64,000 nucleotides of DNA from an uncultured Trueperaceae bacterium. GTDB taxonomy: Bacteria; Deinococcota; Deinococci; Deinococcales; Trueperaceae. Below the pieces are notes generated by a model. It saw only the letters and a list, made by a program, of their open reading frames with translations, was not told the DNA's origin and did no database searches. The translations under genes and the position numbers were made by a program. The stretch covers positions 1 through 64,000 of the forward strand of contig CAWCXJ010000005.1 in NCBI GenBank assembly GCA_963799485.1, written 5' to 3'. Numbering within the stretch: the stretch's first letter is position 1; the number at the start of each line of letters is the position of its first letter. Positions 49,958 to 60,107 of the stretch are shown in pieces.

Positions 49958-50638
49958 ATGTCTGTAAACACAGCTTACGGCGAGGGTGTCGGCACAGGGT
50001 TTTTAGCCGGGTTGAGCACTCAAGACCTGCGCCCGAAACAAGAACTGCTCCTCAACCATCCGCTCTGGAAGGGTATTCAAACGCAAACGACGACCCGTGA
50101 ACAGCTCGCCCGGTTTGCCCTGCAAGATATCTTTTTAATCCGTGAGGTGTACCGTTTGGACAGCCTCGCCATCGCCAAGGCGCCCACAGCTGAAGCGGCA
50201 GACGCGCTGATTGCCAAGCTGACGCCCAAGTCGGGTGCAGCCGACACGCTTTTACGGTTTGGTGAGGCGGTCGGCTTGACGCCGGAAGACTTTGACGCCG
50301 TAAAACCCCTTGCGCCCTGTCTCGCCCTTACGGCGCAGTTTTACTACCATCTGGCGCGGAGTTCGTTTGCCGAGACCGTAGCGTGTATCGGCGCGAGTGA
50401 AACGATATTTCTAGAAATCTGCGGGCGCATCGACGCTCCGCTCCGGCAGTACGGCTTTTCGGACGAGGCCGTAGCGTTCTTCAGGTTTCATGAAGCCTTG
50501 GAGCCTGCCGAACGCGCCACCACCGAGATGCTCCGCCCATTTGTGACGACCGACGCGGAGAAAGAGGCCGTCACTAGGGCCGCCGAAGTGTGCTACGACT
50601 TTGAACGGCTGTTTTACGACGCGGTGCTGACCGGGTGA
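49958..50638 (+). CDS. TenA/THI-4/PqqC (heme-oxygenase-like fold) protein, thiamine salvage
   Basis: LNHPLW...FALQD...FYDAV pattern; first gene under the TPP riboswitch. Confidence 0.7.
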   Translation: MSVNTAYGEGVGTGFLAGLSTQDLRPKQELLLNHPLWKGIQTQTTTREQLARFALQDIFLIREVYRLDSLAIAKAPTAEAADALIAKLTPKSGAADTLLRFGEAVGLTPEDFDAVKPLAPCLALTAQFYYHLARSSFAETVACIGASETIFLEICGRIDAPLRQYGFSDEAVAFFRFHEALEPAERATTEMLRPFVTTDAEKEAVTRAAEVCYDFERLFYDAVLTG

Positions 50639-51381
50639 AGTTCAGGAGCGTCCTGGCACCGCTCGTTGCGGGTGCTCTGATTCTGGGCGTGTGGCAGCTC
50701 GGCGTAGCACTGAGCGACGTTCCCGCGAGTTTTTTGCCGTCGCCGTCGGCTGTTTTTGCGACGCTGCTGGGGCAACGCGGCCTGCTGTGGCGTAACAGCC
50801 TGACCACGCTCTCCGAAACGGCGCTGGGGGTCGTTCTTGCCGTGGTTGCGGCGCTTGTCTGGGCGCTGCTGCTCGACCGCTTCGAGCTTTTACGGCGGGC
50901 GTTACTGCCCTTTCTCGTCGCCTCGCAAACCGTGCCGATTATCGTCTTGGCCCCGCTGATGCTCCTCTGGTTCGGGTTTGGACTTTTGCCCAAAGTGCTG
51001 CTCGTCGCGCTCTTCGCCTTTTTTCCTATCGTCCTCTCGACGCTTTCGGGTCTCGCAGAGACGCCGCCTGAACGTGTTGACCTGATGCGTTCGCTTGCGG
51101 CGTCGCCGTGGCAGACCTTTTGCCTCTTGCGTTGGCCCGGCGCGCTGCCGAGTTTTTTCTCGGGTCTGCGGATTACGCTGACCTACAGCGTCACCGGCGC
51201 CATCTTTGCCGAATATGTCGGGGGCTTTTCGGGTCTCGGGATTTTGCTGCAAACTGCCGCCAACTCACGTGCTACCCCTTTGGTCTTCGCTACCATCGTC
51301 GTCATCGCCCTCTTAAGCTCGCTGCTCGTCGCCGGAGTGCGGCTCTTAGAGCGTCTCACCATGCCCTGGAGGTTTCAGTGA
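50635..51381 (+). CDS. ABC permease, ThiX/SsuC-like
   Basis: LPSPSAV, QTVPIIVLAPL, ALPSFFSGLRI, IFAEY. Confidence 0.88.
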   Translation: MKFRSVLAPLVAGALILGVWQLGVALSDVPASFLPSPSAVFATLLGQRGLLWRNSLTTLSETALGVVLAVVAALVWALLLDRFELLRRALLPFLVASQTVPIIVLAPLMLLWFGFGLLPKVLLVALFAFFPIVLSTLSGLAETPPERVDLMRSLAASPWQTFCLLRWPGALPSFFSGLRITLTYSVTGAIFAEYVGGFSGLGILLQTAANSRATPLVFATIVVIALLSSLLVAGVRLLERLTMPWRFQ

Positions 51382-52352
51382 AAGTTCTTTTTACGTTTTT
51401 TGCCATCGTTTTTACCTCAGCTTCAGCCCAAACCCAGACCGTTCGCCTGGCCCTCGACTGGGTACCGAACACGAACCACACCGGGATTTACGTCGCGCTC
51501 GCCAAGGGCTGGTACGAAGAAGCCGGTGTGAACCTGCAAGTTTTGCCGTATGGCAGCGTGTCGCCTGAAGCGCTCGTAGCCAACGGTCAGGCCGAAGTTG
51601 CAGTTTCAGGTAGCGAAGGGGTGCTGACCTCGGTCGTTACCGAGGAACCGATTGTCTCGGTAGCGGCGATGCTGTCAACGAACACTGCGGCGCTGGCGGT
51701 GCTCAAAACGAGTGGTATCACCCGCCCGCGCGAACTCGACGGCAAAATCTACGCCGCCTACGGGGGCAACTACGAGGACGCGGTGGTCGGGGCCGTTATC
51801 CGGCACGACGGCGGTGAGGGAAATTTCAAGAGCGCCCTGCTGAACGTGGCAGGTTTCGACGCGCTCCTGGCGGGCCGCGCCGATTTCGTCTGGATTTTCG
51901 AGGGTTGGCAGGGTGTACAGGCCAAACGTGAAGGTATTGACCTGACGCTATTTAACTTCAACGACTACGGCATCCCCGACTACTACACGCCGGTACTGGT
52001 CAGTAGCGCCGCGACGATTGAACAAAACCCCGAAGCGCTGCGCGCATTTCTCGAGGCCACCGCTCGCGGCTACACCTTCGCCGCCGAGAACCCTGCAGAG
52101 GCAGCCGAACTCCTCATTGAAACTGCACCTGAGGGCAGCTTTCCCGACCCCGACCTGGTACGTGATTCGCAAAAACTCGTCTCGAGCTTTTATATTGCCG
52201 ACGGTGGAGCGTGGGGACAGCAGCGCCCGGAGATGTGGCGCGGCTACCAAACGATGCTTTTAGATGCCGGGGTTTACGGCGATAAAACCGCCGCCTTACG
52301 CAAGGCCGTCGAGAACGGGGCGCTCTTTACCAACGAACTGCTCCCGCAGTAG
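51378..52352 (+). CDS. NMT1/THI5-like (ThiY) substrate-binding protein
   Basis: LDWVPNTNHTGIYVA, PDYYTPVL; GTG start overlapping the upstream TGA. Confidence 0.88.
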   Translation: MKVLFTFFAIVFTSASAQTQTVRLALDWVPNTNHTGIYVALAKGWYEEAGVNLQVLPYGSVSPEALVANGQAEVAVSGSEGVLTSVVTEEPIVSVAAMLSTNTAALAVLKTSGITRPRELDGKIYAAYGGNYEDAVVGAVIRHDGGEGNFKSALLNVAGFDALLAGRADFVWIFEGWQGVQAKREGIDLTLFNFNDYGIPDYYTPVLVSSAATIEQNPEALRAFLEATARGYTFAAENPAEAAELLIETAPEGSFPDPDLVRDSQKLVSSFYIADGGAWGQQRPEMWRGYQTMLLDAGVYGDKTAALRKAVENGALFTNELLPQ

Positions 52353-52466
52353 GGCGCGCGAAGCAACGAGCGGCGAAGAAAAACGCGTTGCTTGCTATCA
52401 CTTCTCTTTACCGCCTTGCTTTGGTACCGCTTTTTACTGTGCGCTCACCTTACTGTACGCTCCACC

Positions 52467-52847
52467 TTACTGTGCGCTCACCAGGTCGGGGCGCAATTTT
52501 ACAGCCTCACGCAGATAGATATGCCGCATCTCGCGCTGCGTTTTGGTGGTATTGACCTGGAGCATCACCCGCACGGCCCGTGGCAAACGGTTCGGTACCG
52601 GAATCTCCTGATTGCACATTAAAGGCACCAGGTTCATCCCGAGTGCCCGCGCCGCCTCTGCCGGAAAGGTGCTCGTCAGGTCGGGCGTGGTGGTAAAGAA
52701 AATGGCTGCGATGGCCTCGAAATCGCGGATTTCGTTTTCGCGGAGCATGGTCGCCAAAAGCTCTTTGGTCGCCGTCAAAATCAGTTCGGGTTCGTCTTGT
52801 TCGACCGTCGTCGCGCCGCGAATACCGCGCACCCAGGTTGGTTCCAT
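52467..52847 (-). CDS. aroH: AroH-type chorismate mutase
   Basis: VRGIRGATTV, FTTTPDL..FPAEAAR, HIYLREAVKLRPDL. Confidence 0.93.
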   Translation of the reverse strand: MEPTWVRGIRGATTVEQDEPELILTATKELLATMLRENEIRDFEAIAAIFFTTTPDLTSTFPAEAARALGMNLVPLMCNQEIPVPNRLPRAVRVMLQVNTTKTQREMRHIYLREAVKLRPDLVSAQ

Positions 52848-52999
52848 GAGGAGAGTGTAACACTGCCCCCGGGCAAGGTCACAAAGTTCTCTCAACACCC
52901 GGTTTACGCCCGGACGTTTTACACCCGGACATTCTCGAAGGATTTTCAAGCGCTTGCTCCGTTACCGTCTTGCTGAAGGTTGTTTTATAAACTGTAAAG

Positions 53000-54481
53000 A
53001 TGACGCGTGGGGTTTTGTATGCGGTTTTCGCTCTGGCGCTCGGGCTCGCCGGTTGTCTGCCGATTCCCAACTTGCGCGCCGACCTGAACCTTCCGGTAGC
53101 GCCGCAGCGGATAGAGGCAGAGAGGGTTAAAACGCAGTACGTTTCGCTGCCCGGTGACAAAGCGCCGGGGACGCCCGAACCGCTTAACCGTAGCTATTAT
53201 CTGCGCTACTACGCACCGGACGCGGCGGGCAAAGACCCGGATACCGTTCTTATCTTGATGCCGGGGATTTTCGGCGGGGCGACGAGTTTCGATGTTTTGG
53301 CGCGGCAGCTCGTCGCCAGCCGCGCGGGGCTCGAGGTCTGGGCTATCGACCGCCGGGCGAACGGGCTCGAGGACGCGAGCGCGCTACAAGAAAGCCTCCG
53401 CACCCGTAATCCGAACATCGCCTACCGCTACTACGTTCAGAACGCCGGGACACCCGCCGGGTTCAACGCCGTTCCGGACGAAGACTTGGGTTTTATGCGC
53501 CGCTGGGGGCTCGTCACTCACCTCCGCGACCTGCACGAGGTCGTCAAACGGGCCAACGAACGGGCCGAAACCGTCGTGTTGGGCGGGCATTCGCTGGGCG
53601 CGAGTATCGTCGGTCTTTACGCGGCGTACCGTTTTCCTGAAGGTCTGGGTGACGCGCAGTTAGATGGGCTTTTACTGCTCGACGGGACGCTCGGGCGTAC
53701 CGGCGCGTTTGGTCTTACCGCCGGGCTTTCTCTCGGGAATCTCGAGCTGATCCCCGCCGCAACCGGCTACGACGCAGGGCGGGGCGCACCGTTTTTGTCT
53801 TTCGGGTTGGGGCCGGGGTTTTACGCGGCGCAAGAGGCGCGGGCGCTGCTCGCCCGCTTTCAACCTGACGAGCTTGCACCCGACGCGGCGTTTCCGGAAA
53901 CGAACCTGGCGTATGTAGGCGTTCGCGCCGACGAGGATTACGCCGTTTCAGCGACCTTCGGCGCATCTTTGGGCGAAGCGGTCGGGGCGCGTTACGGTGG
54001 CAATTTGCTCGCTTTTCTGATCGACGGCACCGGGAGTAGCTCGAGCCGCACCGTGGCCGGGGTCGCCGCCGGTTTTGACGAAGTAAGCTGGAGCCCCGGC
54101 GACCCGGGCCGCGAGTACAGCGATATGTCTGCTTACCTCCGCGCCCGCGTCACACCGGAAAGCGACTTCAACGAGTGGTATTTTCCGCTCCGGCTCCTCG
54201 TCGATATGAGCGAGCTGCCGCTCGATCTCTCCGGTCGGGCCGACTTTGCCCCTCACAGCGACGTGACGGTGCCGACGCTGGCCATCGGGGCGGGGCGCGG
54301 GTTGGTCACAAGTCTGGACGGATTTTCGGCGTACAGCAACCTGCGGGCGAGCGCGCTGTTCTCGAGCTACGTCATTCCCGGTCTTACCCACATCGATATC
54401 GTCACGGCCCGCGACAACCCGGTCGTGCCGCTGTTCGACCGCTGGCTGGCGCAGATTATGCAGCTGCGGCGAAACGAGTAG
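53000..54481 (+). CDS. Alpha/beta hydrolase lipoprotein
   Basis: Lipobox LAGC, nucleophile elbow GHSLG, C-terminal THID. Confidence 0.8.
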   Translation: MTRGVLYAVFALALGLAGCLPIPNLRADLNLPVAPQRIEAERVKTQYVSLPGDKAPGTPEPLNRSYYLRYYAPDAAGKDPDTVLILMPGIFGGATSFDVLARQLVASRAGLEVWAIDRRANGLEDASALQESLRTRNPNIAYRYYVQNAGTPAGFNAVPDEDLGFMRRWGLVTHLRDLHEVVKRANERAETVVLGGHSLGASIVGLYAAYRFPEGLGDAQLDGLLLLDGTLGRTGAFGLTAGLSLGNLELIPAATGYDAGRGAPFLSFGLGPGFYAAQEARALLARFQPDELAPDAAFPETNLAYVGVRADEDYAVSATFGASLGEAVGARYGGNLLAFLIDGTGSSSSRTVAGVAAGFDEVSWSPGDPGREYSDMSAYLRARVTPESDFNEWYFPLRLLVDMSELPLDLSGRADFAPHSDVTVPTLAIGAGRGLVTSLDGFSAYSNLRASALFSSYVIPGLTHIDIVTARDNPVVPLFDRWLAQIMQLRRNE

Positions 54482-54523
54482 CTTTGGTTGGTCGAAATAT
54501 ATGAGGTTGGGCTAAACTGCGGG

Positions 54524-55315
54524 ATGTTCGACGTTAAAGAGCAGTACAAAGACGCCTCGAATCTGGACGCCCGCGCCGCGCTCCACAGCCGCTTCAGCCT
54601 CAACCGGGTGAACTGGCACCGCTGGGTGTTCGAGCATTTCACCTTACCCGGCGGGGCGAGGGTGCTCGAGCTGGGCTGCGGTTCCGCTAAACTCTGGTGT
54701 GAGAACTTGGCGCGAATCCCTGAAGGCTGGAACATAACGTTGACCGATTTTTCAGCCGGGATGATCTCCGAAGCCGAGGCGAACTTGCCGGACTCGTTTA
54801 CGTTTGCCGTCGCCGACGCGCAAGACCTGCCCTTTGCAGACGCCGTATTCGACGCGGTTGTCGCCAACCATATGTGCTATCACGTGCCGGATTTACCCCA
54901 AGCTTTGGGCGAAGTGCGGCGCGTGCTCAAACCCGGTGGGCGACTTTTTACGGCGACGAACGGCGAAAATCACATGCGTGAGCTGGACGACCTGTCCCAA
55001 GACTTGGTCGCAGGGGGCGTCGTGAGGCTCTTCTCTGAGACTGCTCACGTGACCGACTTTACGCTCGAGACCGCCCCGGATTATCTTCGCCCCTACTTCT
55101 CCGACGTAAAGTTGCACCGTCCTGGAGGCGACCCCGCTTTGCTGGTGACTGAAGCCGACCCCATCACGGCTTATATCTTGTCGGTGACGCCGGACAAGCT
55201 TAAAAACGACTCCGAGAAAATGGCGGCTTTACGGGAACGCGTCAACCGAGCTCTGGCTGAAACCGGCGGTGTGCGAATTACGAGAGCGGTAGGGCTTTTC
55301 GAGGCTCGAGTCTAG
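54524..55315 (+). CDS. Class I SAM-dependent methyltransferase
   Basis: VLELGCGS, DFSAGM, DAQDLPF, RVLKPGG. Confidence 0.9.
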   Translation: MFDVKEQYKDASNLDARAALHSRFSLNRVNWHRWVFEHFTLPGGARVLELGCGSAKLWCENLARIPEGWNITLTDFSAGMISEAEANLPDSFTFAVADAQDLPFADAVFDAVVANHMCYHVPDLPQALGEVRRVLKPGGRLFTATNGENHMRELDDLSQDLVAGGVVRLFSETAHVTDFTLETAPDYLRPYFSDVKLHRPGGDPALLVTEADPITAYILSVTPDKLKNDSEKMAALRERVNRALAETGGVRITRAVGLFEARV

Positions 55316-55348
55316 CCCCGTTCTCAAACTTTCAGGTACGCTTGAAAA

Positions 55349-56628
55349 ATGCTCGATCTACGGCTTATCCGCGACAACCCCGAGGCAGTGCGGCGCGCGG
55401 TTCGCGCCAAACAGCTGCCGAACGTACTGGGAACACTCGACCAGGTAATTTTGCTCGACGAAGAAAACCGGCTTTTACGGAGCGACTTGGAAGCCAAGCA
55501 AGCGACGCGCAACGCCAGCAGTAAAGAGATCGGGCTGCGTAAAAGACGGGGTGAAAACGCCGACGACCTCATCCGCGAGATGGGGACGGTCAGCGAAGAG
55601 GTCAAGCGCTTGGAGGAAAAGAGCCGCAGCTTGGACGCACAATTAAACGCCTTGTTGCTCGAGCTGCCCAACTTGCCCGACGAGAGCGTCCCCTACGGCG
55701 AATCCGAACACGACAATCAGGTGGCCTTTGAGCGCGGCAGCAAACCCGAGTTCGACTTCGAGCCGAAACCGCACTGGGAGCTCGCTTCTGAGCGCGGCTG
55801 GCTCGACCTTACGGCGGGCGTCAAAACGAGCGGGGCCGGGTTTCCCATCTTTAAGGGCGTCGGCGCACGGTTTTTGCGTTCGCTGGTGCAGTATTGCCTC
55901 AACGCGGTGGTGGACGCGGGCTATACCGAAGTCACGGTACCGCTTTTAGTCACGCCCGAGAGCGCGAGCGCGACCGGACATCTGCCCGACAAAGAGGGGC
56001 AGATGTACAGCGTCACCGACGGGTTTTATATCATCCCCACCTCGGAACTCGTGCTGACCGGCATGCACCGGGATGAGATTTTGGACGCGGCGGCGTTGCC
56101 GCTCAAATATACGGCGGCGAGCGCCTGTTTGCGCCGCGAGGCGGGAAGTTACGGCGCACACGTGCGCGGCATCAACCGCGCCCATCAGTTCGACAAGGTA
56201 GAGATGGTGCAGTTTACCAGCCCGAAGACTCTTACGCGGCGATGGAAGAGATGACGGCGCTCTCCGAAGGGCTATTAGACGCGCTGGGTCTCCCTTACCG
56301 CAGGCTCGACATGTGTACCGGCGACATCGGCTTTACCCAGGCAAAAAAGTACGATTTGGAGGTTTGGAGCGCGGGGCAGGGGCGGTGGCTCGAGGTCTCT
56401 TCAGTCTCCAACATCACCGACTTTCAGGCGCGGCGACTGCAAACCCGCTTTCGTGAGGGCGGTGCGCAGGGCAAGGGCAAAACCGAGTTGGTGCATACGC
56501 TTAACGGCAGCGCGTTCGGCATGCTCCGGATGGTAGCGGCGCTGTTCGAGCACTATCAGGAGGCGGACGGCAGCGTCGTCGTGCCGGAGGTGTTACGGCC
56601 CCTTGTGGGTAGGGAGAGGCTCGAGTAA
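55349..56628 (+). CDS. serS: Serine--tRNA ligase, frameshifted near 56222
   Basis: MLDLRLIR, PTSE, RREAGS, HQFDKVEMV in the first ORF; KKYDLEVW, EVSSVSN, HTLNGS in the second; one extra C in AGCCC restores TSPEDSYAAMEEM. Confidence 0.93.
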
Positions 56629-56653
56629 ATAGCAAGTAAATAGCAATGAGTGC

Positions 56654-56703
56654 CGAGCAATGAGCAACGCGTCGAAAAGCTTTTACGCGTTGCTTATTGC
56701 TCG
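56654..56703. terminator. Long hairpin between convergent serS and the lipoprotein gene
   Basis: CGAGCAATGAGCAACGCGT / ACGCGTTGCTTATTGCTCG 19-bp inverted repeat with one G-U pair. Confidence 0.75.
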
Positions 56704-57227
56704 TTGCTGTCCTTCAAAAACCGGGCGTTCAGCTCGGCGATAACGCTCCGCATCAGCCTGGTGCCGTCGTTTGAAATCGTTCCGTCCGGGCCTTGCGCCG
56801 AGTAGATTAACGACGCGCCCGCTGCGGTCGGCCTGATGACCACGGTGATGATGGTTTGTTCGGGGTTGGAGCGTTGCACCGGTACACTGAACGCGAGCCC
56901 TAGACCTGAAAAAAAGCTGTACGAGCCCCGGTGTTCACCGATATCGGCGTTTTCAGGAAAACGGTAGCGGTACTGGAGGTTGGTTGAAGGCCCGCGTTCG
57001 TTACGTACGGCGGTGATGAGGCCGGTTTGGGGGTCGGCCTGCGTGACCGAAAAGGTGAGGCGGTCGAGGCCGACGGGGACATAAGCGGCGGTCAAGGTTT
57101 GCAGGGTCGTATCGAACAGGTTGCGGTAGCTCGTCGGGTAGAGAACCGGGGTGTCGGGTGGATAGAGGCGCGTTGCCGGAACGCACGCGCTAAGGAGAAC
57201 GAGTAAGAGCAGAAAGGTTCGTTTCAT
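56694..57227 (-). CDS. Hypothetical lipoprotein
   Basis: MKRTFLLLLVLLSAC lipobox after a GGAGG RBS. Confidence 0.75.
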   Translation of the reverse strand: MKRTFLLLLVLLSACVPATRLYPPDTPVLYPTSYRNLFDTTLQTLTAAYVPVGLDRLTFSVTQADPQTGLITAVRNERGPSTNLQYRYRFPENADIGEHRGSYSFFSGLGLAFSVPVQRSNPEQTIITVVIRPTAAGASLIYSAQGPDGTISNDGTRLMRSVIAELNARFLKDSNEQ

Positions 57228-57348
57228 GACGCCTCCACAAAAGTATTTACGGCAAGGTTTACGGCAAGGTCCATGCCTGTGTGTAGCGCCCCTAAGCCTA
57301 CCCACCGGAGCGATGAAAAGTCCTTAAGTTTCATGAACTGTTCTAAAT

Positions 57349-57642
57349 CTACTCACCACTTTCGACAGTACGCGGCACCTTGAAAAAGCCGTTTTCAGCC
57401 TCGACTGCGAGGGTTTTGTCGTCTTTTTGCGCGAGCCCCGAATGAACCGTGTCGTCGCGAAAGACGTTACGCAGCTCGAGCGGGCGGACGAGTTCTTCAA
57501 CCCCTGCGGTATCTAGTCCCGACAAACTCTCGAAATAGGTCAACAGCGAATTGAGGTCGCCTTTAAGACTCCGGGTTTCCGCGCCGGAAAGCTCTAAACG
57601 GGCGAGCATTTTGAGATGCGCCATTTCAGCGTCGCTAAGCAT
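57349..57642 (-). CDS. gatC: Asp/Glu-tRNA amidotransferase subunit C
   Basis: HLKMLARLEL, NVFRDD, GFFKVPR. Confidence 0.9.
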   Translation of the reverse strand: MLSDAEMAHLKMLARLELSGAETRSLKGDLNSLLTYFESLSGLDTAGVEELVRPLELRNVFRDDTVHSGLAQKDDKTLAVEAENGFFKVPRTVESGE

Positions 57643-57745
57643 AGGGCAGTTTACCGTGTCGGCTGGGTTTTATAACAGCCATGGCTCCGGCAGTTGGGCG
57701 TTTTCACTACGGTTAAAACGTGCACTTGTACACTATGATAGCGCT

Positions 57746-58504
57746 ATGAGCATCGAGTCCCTTCTCGCAAACGAAAAAATCAAGCAAATCCTCGTTCTCG
57801 TCGTGACCTGGGTCGGTATCATCGTCCCGTTTTTTACGGCGGTAAATAACTTTACGCCCGGCGGCCCGGCGGATACTTACGGGCTCGAGCCTCTTGTCAC
57901 CCCGTCCCCCTACGCCTTTTTGATCTGGGCCCCGATCTATCTAGGGCTGCTCGCGCTCGCGGTCTATCAGGCGCTCCCCGCCCGGGAAGACGACCCCGTG
58001 TTAAAAAAACTCCGTCCTTGGCTGGCGCTAACGGCAATTCTCAACGCAGTCTGGCTTTACGCCGTCGCTGCCGGAGGTGTCTGGCTCCCTGTCCTGACGA
58101 TCTTCGCACTTTTAGCGACTGCGCTGGCGCTACGCTACGCTTTTGGTATCGGCGTTAAGCACGAGGGCGTCATGCGCTGGCTCGGGTATTCGGTCAGCCT
58201 TTACGCCGGTTGGCTGACGCTGGCGACGATTGTCAACACGTCTAGCGCGCTGCTCCTGTCCGGTTGGACGGGCTGGGCGACCTTTTGGGCTATCGTGATG
58301 CTGCTCGTCGGCACCATTATCGGGCTTACGGTGCGCGTCAACTGGCGCGACCCGGTTTACGGCGGCGTCTTCGTCTGGACGCTTTTGGCGATTGCTACCG
58401 GGCAGTGGGGACACCCACTGGTGATTATCGTCGCGCTCTTGCTGATGCTCGTTTTTGCCATGACGTTGTTGCCGCCTGTTCTCAGGGGCCGCAAAGCGGT
58501 TTGA
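57746..58504 (+). CDS. Tryptophan-rich TspO-like integral membrane protein
   Basis: TPSPYAFLIWAPIY, LNAVW, SLYAGWLTLATIVN. Confidence 0.7.
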   Translation: MSIESLLANEKIKQILVLVVTWVGIIVPFFTAVNNFTPGGPADTYGLEPLVTPSPYAFLIWAPIYLGLLALAVYQALPAREDDPVLKKLRPWLALTAILNAVWLYAVAAGGVWLPVLTIFALLATALALRYAFGIGVKHEGVMRWLGYSVSLYAGWLTLATIVNTSSALLLSGWTGWATFWAIVMLLVGTIIGLTVRVNWRDPVYGGVFVWTLLAIATGQWGHPLVIIVALLLMLVFAMTLLPPVLRGRKAV

Positions 58505-58652
58505 CATCGGTTTGACATCGGTTTGGCACCGCGCGTACCCGGGTAACCGAGTGCACTTGAACCTGTCGGGGCCTGCGCCGTAAACGGCTGCTTTTAAGAA
58601 CTGTCCCGTTTGTTTGCCCAAATGATGGGGCGGCGGAGGTACCGTATCTTGG

Positions 58653-59384
58653 TTAGTACAGCTGTAAACCCAGATAGTAAAGCGCGACGACCAGTAAAAG
58701 CGACGGCAGCAAACTCGCCACCCGAATCTGCTTGATTTCCAAGAGATTAATCCCGAGCCCGATAATCATCAGCCCGCCGACGCCGTTAATCAGCAGCACC
58801 CGCGGGTCATTCGCCGGGTCGGGGATAAGGTTGGCGAACAGTCCGGCGGAAAGCGAAAGCGTTCCCTGATAGAGCGCAATCACGACTGCCGAAAAGATCA
58901 CGCCGAACCCGAAAGTAGCAGATAAAGCGAGCGCCGCAAAACCGTCTAAAGTTGACTTCAAGACCAGAAACGAATCATCCCCGGTAAGACCGTTTTGAAT
59001 CGACCCGATCAGAGTCAGCGGCCCGACGCAGAAGAGCAGGCTGGCCGCAACGAAGCCTTCGGTAAAGCGGCCTTGCCCCTTAAAACGGCGTTTGAGGGTT
59101 TCACCGAGACGCTCGAGCCCCTCTTCCAGCCGCCACCATTCGCCTAAAATCCCGCCGAGCGCGAGCGCGATGAGCGCCACGATAATCCCCGGCGGGCGGC
59201 TCACTTCGTTTAGGTCGAAGGCGTTGTCGATGCCGATAAAAAGCGTGGTCAGACCGATTGCCTGCATGGTCGTGCGAACGATGCGTTCAGGCAGGCGTCC
59301 GCGCAAAAGCAGCCCGAGCGCCGACCCGACGAGGACGGTGACGAGGTTGACAAGCGTCCCGGAGGTTTGTTCAAAAAGGCTCAC
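58653..59384 (-). CDS. DUF554 family membrane protein
   Basis: GTLVN, GFVAASLLFCVGPLT.IGS, KSTLDG, IRVASLLP. Confidence 0.88.
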   Translation of the reverse strand: MSLFEQTSGTLVNLVTVLVGSALGLLLRGRLPERIVRTTMQAIGLTTLFIGIDNAFDLNEVSRPPGIIVALIALALGGILGEWWRLEEGLERLGETLKRRFKGQGRFTEGFVAASLLFCVGPLTLIGSIQNGLTGDDSFLVLKSTLDGFAALALSATFGFGVIFSAVVIALYQGTLSLSAGLFANLIPDPANDPRVLLINGVGGLMIIGLGINLLEIKQIRVASLLPSLLLVVALYYLGLQLY

Positions 59385-59966
59385 TTATGAGGTCGGCTTA
59401 CCGGGTTTTGCAGAGTTCGCGGGCACTTTTCCGGGCGTTTCTCCGTTGCCGCGCGTCAGCACCAACACCGTCACGAGCAGCGCGGCGACAAGCGGCAGGC
59501 CGATTAGCCACAGCAGCCAGGTACGCCACCCCGCCGCGCCGGTCGCCGCCGGCGGAAAATTGAAGTCCTGCGCGGGATTCGCGCTGCCGACGCGCAGCGG
59601 TTCGGAGAGCGGGGCGTTCGCTTCTTCTTGCCGGTAGGTCTGGTCGCGGAGTAAAACGCGGTATGGGCCGGGTTGCAGGGGCGCTACAGCACCTTCGTAA
59701 ACCCCGGCAGTGTCCGTCTCGGTAAACTCGGCGCGGACGGGTTCAGCGTCCGGGCTCCAGGCGGGTTGCAACTCGGCAAAAACGACGGCAGCTTCGATAG
59801 GAACTTGGGTGGGGTCTTCAAGCTTCAGCCGCAACGTAAAGGGTACGCCCGCTGCGGGGCGCGCCGGTTGCACCTCGAGGTGACCCAAAACAATCGTCGC
59901 GTGCGCCGCAGCCGTATGCGTTCCGGTGAGGCCCAGCAAAATCAACATCAAAAGGGTGACGCGCAT
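59385..59966 (-). CDS. Exported, C-terminally membrane-anchored protein (YtkA/FixH-like beta domain)
   Basis: Signal peptide ending AAA-H, GVYEG...PGPY beta-sandwich pattern, C-terminal TM helix. Confidence 0.6.
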   Translation of the reverse strand: MRVTLLMLILLGLTGTHTAAAHATIVLGHLEVQPARPAAGVPFTLRLKLEDPTQVPIEAAVVFAELQPAWSPDAEPVRAEFTETDTAGVYEGAVAPLQPGPYRVLLRDQTYRQEEANAPLSEPLRVGSANPAQDFNFPPAATGAAGWRTWLLWLIGLPLVAALLVTVLVLTRGNGETPGKVPANSAKPGKPTS

Positions 59967-60107
59967 TCTTTACGATACGCTTTTTGGGCTTCGGGAGGCC
60001 GTTTTAGCGGCGGCGAGGGCGGCTCCGGACGCGCCGCTGAAACCGTGTAACTATCGCCCTCTTGTACAAGGGCGATGTGTTAGTGTCGTGAGCGGTAAGG
60101 GGTAATT

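Noticed and set aside
56210..56254. Programmed ribosomal frameshift in serS
   Set aside because: No slippery heptamer or obvious stimulator; a similar single-base homopolymer loss near 13400 points to sequencing error
57349..57642. gatC without gatA/gatB as a novel function
   Set aside because: Dispersed gat genes are common; the partners are probably elsewhere in the genome
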